Positions 30,483 to 32,000 of a stretch of 32,000 nt of DNA are shown here, piece by piece. Made by a program: the position numbers and the translations under genes. Where the stretch lies: the NCBI RefSeq assembly GCF_000015225.1, contig NC_008698.1:420001-452000 (forward strand), read 5' to 3'. Position 1 is the first letter of the stretch, and each line of letters starts with the position of its first letter. This stretch comes from Thermofilum pendens Hrk 5 (GTDB lineage Archaea; Thermoproteota; Thermoprotei; Thermofilales; Thermofilaceae). The notes under the pieces were generated by a model that had not been told where the DNA came from, searched no databases, and saw nothing but the letters and a program-made list of their open reading frames with translations.

Positions 30483-32000
30483 ATGAAGCCAACGAGAGCT
30501 GTGCTGTCAAGGTACTTCCCCGATGAGGTTGTCCGTAAGATAGAGGAGCGCTTCAACATAAAGACACTCTACCCAACACAGGTAGCAGCGGTTGAGAAAG
30601 GTGTCCTAGACGGGAAAAACATCGTTCTAAGCGCTCCCACAGCTTCAGGGAAGACCCTGGTGGCAGAGCTCGCCGCACTTAAACACCTTTTAAACGGAGG
30701 AAAGGTGCTCTACCTTGCACCCTTAAGGGCTCTCGCCTCGGAGAAGTTCAAAGAGTTCAAAGAGTTCTTCGGGGAGTTTGGCTATAGGTCTGTTCTAAGC
30801 ACAGGAGACTACGACACGGCAGACCCCTCGCTGGGTAAATACGACGTGATAGTGACTACGAACGAGAAGGCTGACAGCCTCCTGCGCCATAGCGCGCCCT
30901 GGTTTCCCGACGTAACTTTAGTGATAGCAGACGAGGTTCACCTGCTTGGCTCGGAGAAACGTGGGGCGACGCTCGAAGTCCTGCTTACGCGTATACTTCT
31001 GAGCGAGGATCCTCCGCAGATCCTGGGCCTGAGTGCGACTATAGGGAACCTTGAGGAGGTGGCAAGATGGCTGAACGCTACACCCGTGAGCGTGGAGTGG
31101 CGCCCAGTCCTCCTAAGGGAAGGAGTATACTACGATGGAACAATATTCTACGCTGATGGAGCGTCGAGGAGCGTCGAGGACGTGGGCTCGGCTCTCGCGA
31201 ACCTTGTTCACGACGTGTTAAGAGAGGAAGGGCAAGCCCTAGTATTTTCGCCTACGCGGAGAGCCGCCAGCAGCGACGCCAAAAAGCTGTCCGTATATAC
31301 ACGGAAGTTCCTTCGAGACTCGGAGAGGCGACACTTAAAAGAGGCAGCGCGCAAGGTGCTCTCGTCCCACGCCGACAAATTAACGAACGAGCTGGCAGAG
31401 CTCATGCTTCATGGAGTCGCATTTCACCATGCGGGACTCTCCGGAGATGCCAGGGAGACTGTTGAACAGCTTTTCCGGGAAGGCTTCCTGAAGACTGTTG
31501 TCGCTACACCCACTCTAGCTGCAGGAGTGAATCTACCGGCAAGGCGAGTAATCATAACGGATTACCGCAGGTATAACGTAGAGCTGGGCTACCACGAAAG
31601 CATCCCGGTCATGGAGTACAAACAGATGGCTGGGCGCGCCGGGAGGCCTCAGTACGACAGGGAGGGCGAAGCCATTTTAATAGCGCGTAACATGGAAGAG
31701 GTGGAGTTCCTTTTCAAAAGGTACGTCTACTCTGCACCCGAGACCCTTCAGTCCCAACTAGGCTCCGAGCCTGTCCTCAGAGCGCAGGTTCTAGCTGTAA
31801 TCTCGACTGAAAGCAGGATTAAAACTACGGAGGATCTGGACAGGTTCCTGGAGAGAACGTTCTTCGCTTTAAAGTTCGGTACCTTCAGCCTTAGTACTCT
31901 TTCGAGAAAAGTTTTGCGAAGGCTCGTGGAGGGAGGATTGGTGGAACTTAACGGGGAAGCTTTGAAGCCGACGTTCCTTGGACGCCGTGTGGCTGAACTC
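30483..32000 (+). CDS. hel308: Ski2-like helicase Hel308/Hjm (3' end beyond window)
   Basis: Manual translation from ATG 30483 gives MKPTRAVLSRYFPDEVVRKIEERFNIKTLYPTQVAAVEKGVLDGKNIVLSAPTASGKTLVAEL...VIADEVHLLGS...LSATIGN...HHAGL...TPTLAAGVNLPARRVI...QMAGRAGRP. The frame is open to the window end. Confidence 0.9.
   Translation, partial: MKPTRAVLSRYFPDEVVRKIEERFNIKTLYPTQVAAVEKGVLDGKNIVLSAPTASGKTLVAELAALKHLLNGGKVLYLAPLRALASEKFKEFKEFFGEFGYRSVLSTGDYDTADPSLGKYDVIVTTNEKADSLLRHSAPWFPDVTLVIADEVHLLGSEKRGATLEVLLTRILLSEDPPQILGLSATIGNLEEVARWLNATPVSVEWRPVLLREGVYYDGTIFYADGASRSVEDVGSALANLVHDVLREEGQALVFSPTRRAASSDAKKLSVYTRKFLRDSERRHLKEAARKVLSSHADKLTNELAELMLHGVAFHHAGLSGDARETVEQLFREGFLKTVVATPTLAAGVNLPARRVIITDYRRYNVELGYHESIPVMEYKQMAGRAGRPQYDREGEAILIARNMEEVEFLFKRYVYSAPETLQSQLGSEPVLRAQVLAVISTESRIKTTEDLDRFLERTFFALKFGTFSLSTLSRKVLRRLVEGGLVELNGEALKPTFLGRRVAEL

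Overview
Chromosomal window from a moderately GC-rich archaeon with crenarchaeal (Desulfurococcales/Pyrodictiaceae-like) gene content. It carries archaeal and universal ribosomal proteins (L7Ae, L14e, L31e, L39e, S19e, S28e, L37Ae, L22-S3-L29-Rpp29-S17-L14). It also carries Cbf5, aIF6, several RNA methyltransferases (TrmY, TrmI, KsgA, Nop2/Sun), XPD, and a GINS-MCM-Hel308 block. There are four tRNA genes. All encode CCA and all contain introns, mostly at non-canonical positions, and two appear to have two introns each. The main finding is that this housekeeping backbone is punctuated by at least seven copies or relics of an unannotatable cassette of about 1.4-1.9 kb. A cassette consists of (i) a 435-474 aa protein family with two LAGLIDADG-like helices about 100 aa apart, (ii) a conserved ~30-nt GC-rich motif 6-9 nt after the family gene stop (8 copies, both orientations), (iii) in the two complete cassettes a conserved 60-70 bp control region with a TATA-like box, and (iv) a divergently transcribed 69-75 aa acidic ORF ending in a T-rich tract plus a GGTTTGTAAACC hairpin. 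Only one copy (16.6-18.5 kb) looks fully intact. Two are frame-disrupted, one is a nonsense and frameshift relic, and two are apparently collapsed to the flanking motifs. The copies sit next to tRNA genes. One lies inside the normally contiguous rnp1-rps17 junction of the ribosomal protein operon, and the operon fragment ends at cassette copies on both sides. No transposase, integrase or CRISPR array was recognised. I interpret the cassette as a candidate selfish element, a free-standing homing-endonuclease-like gene plus partner. That interpretation is inference from motifs read by eye and needs profile and structure searches.
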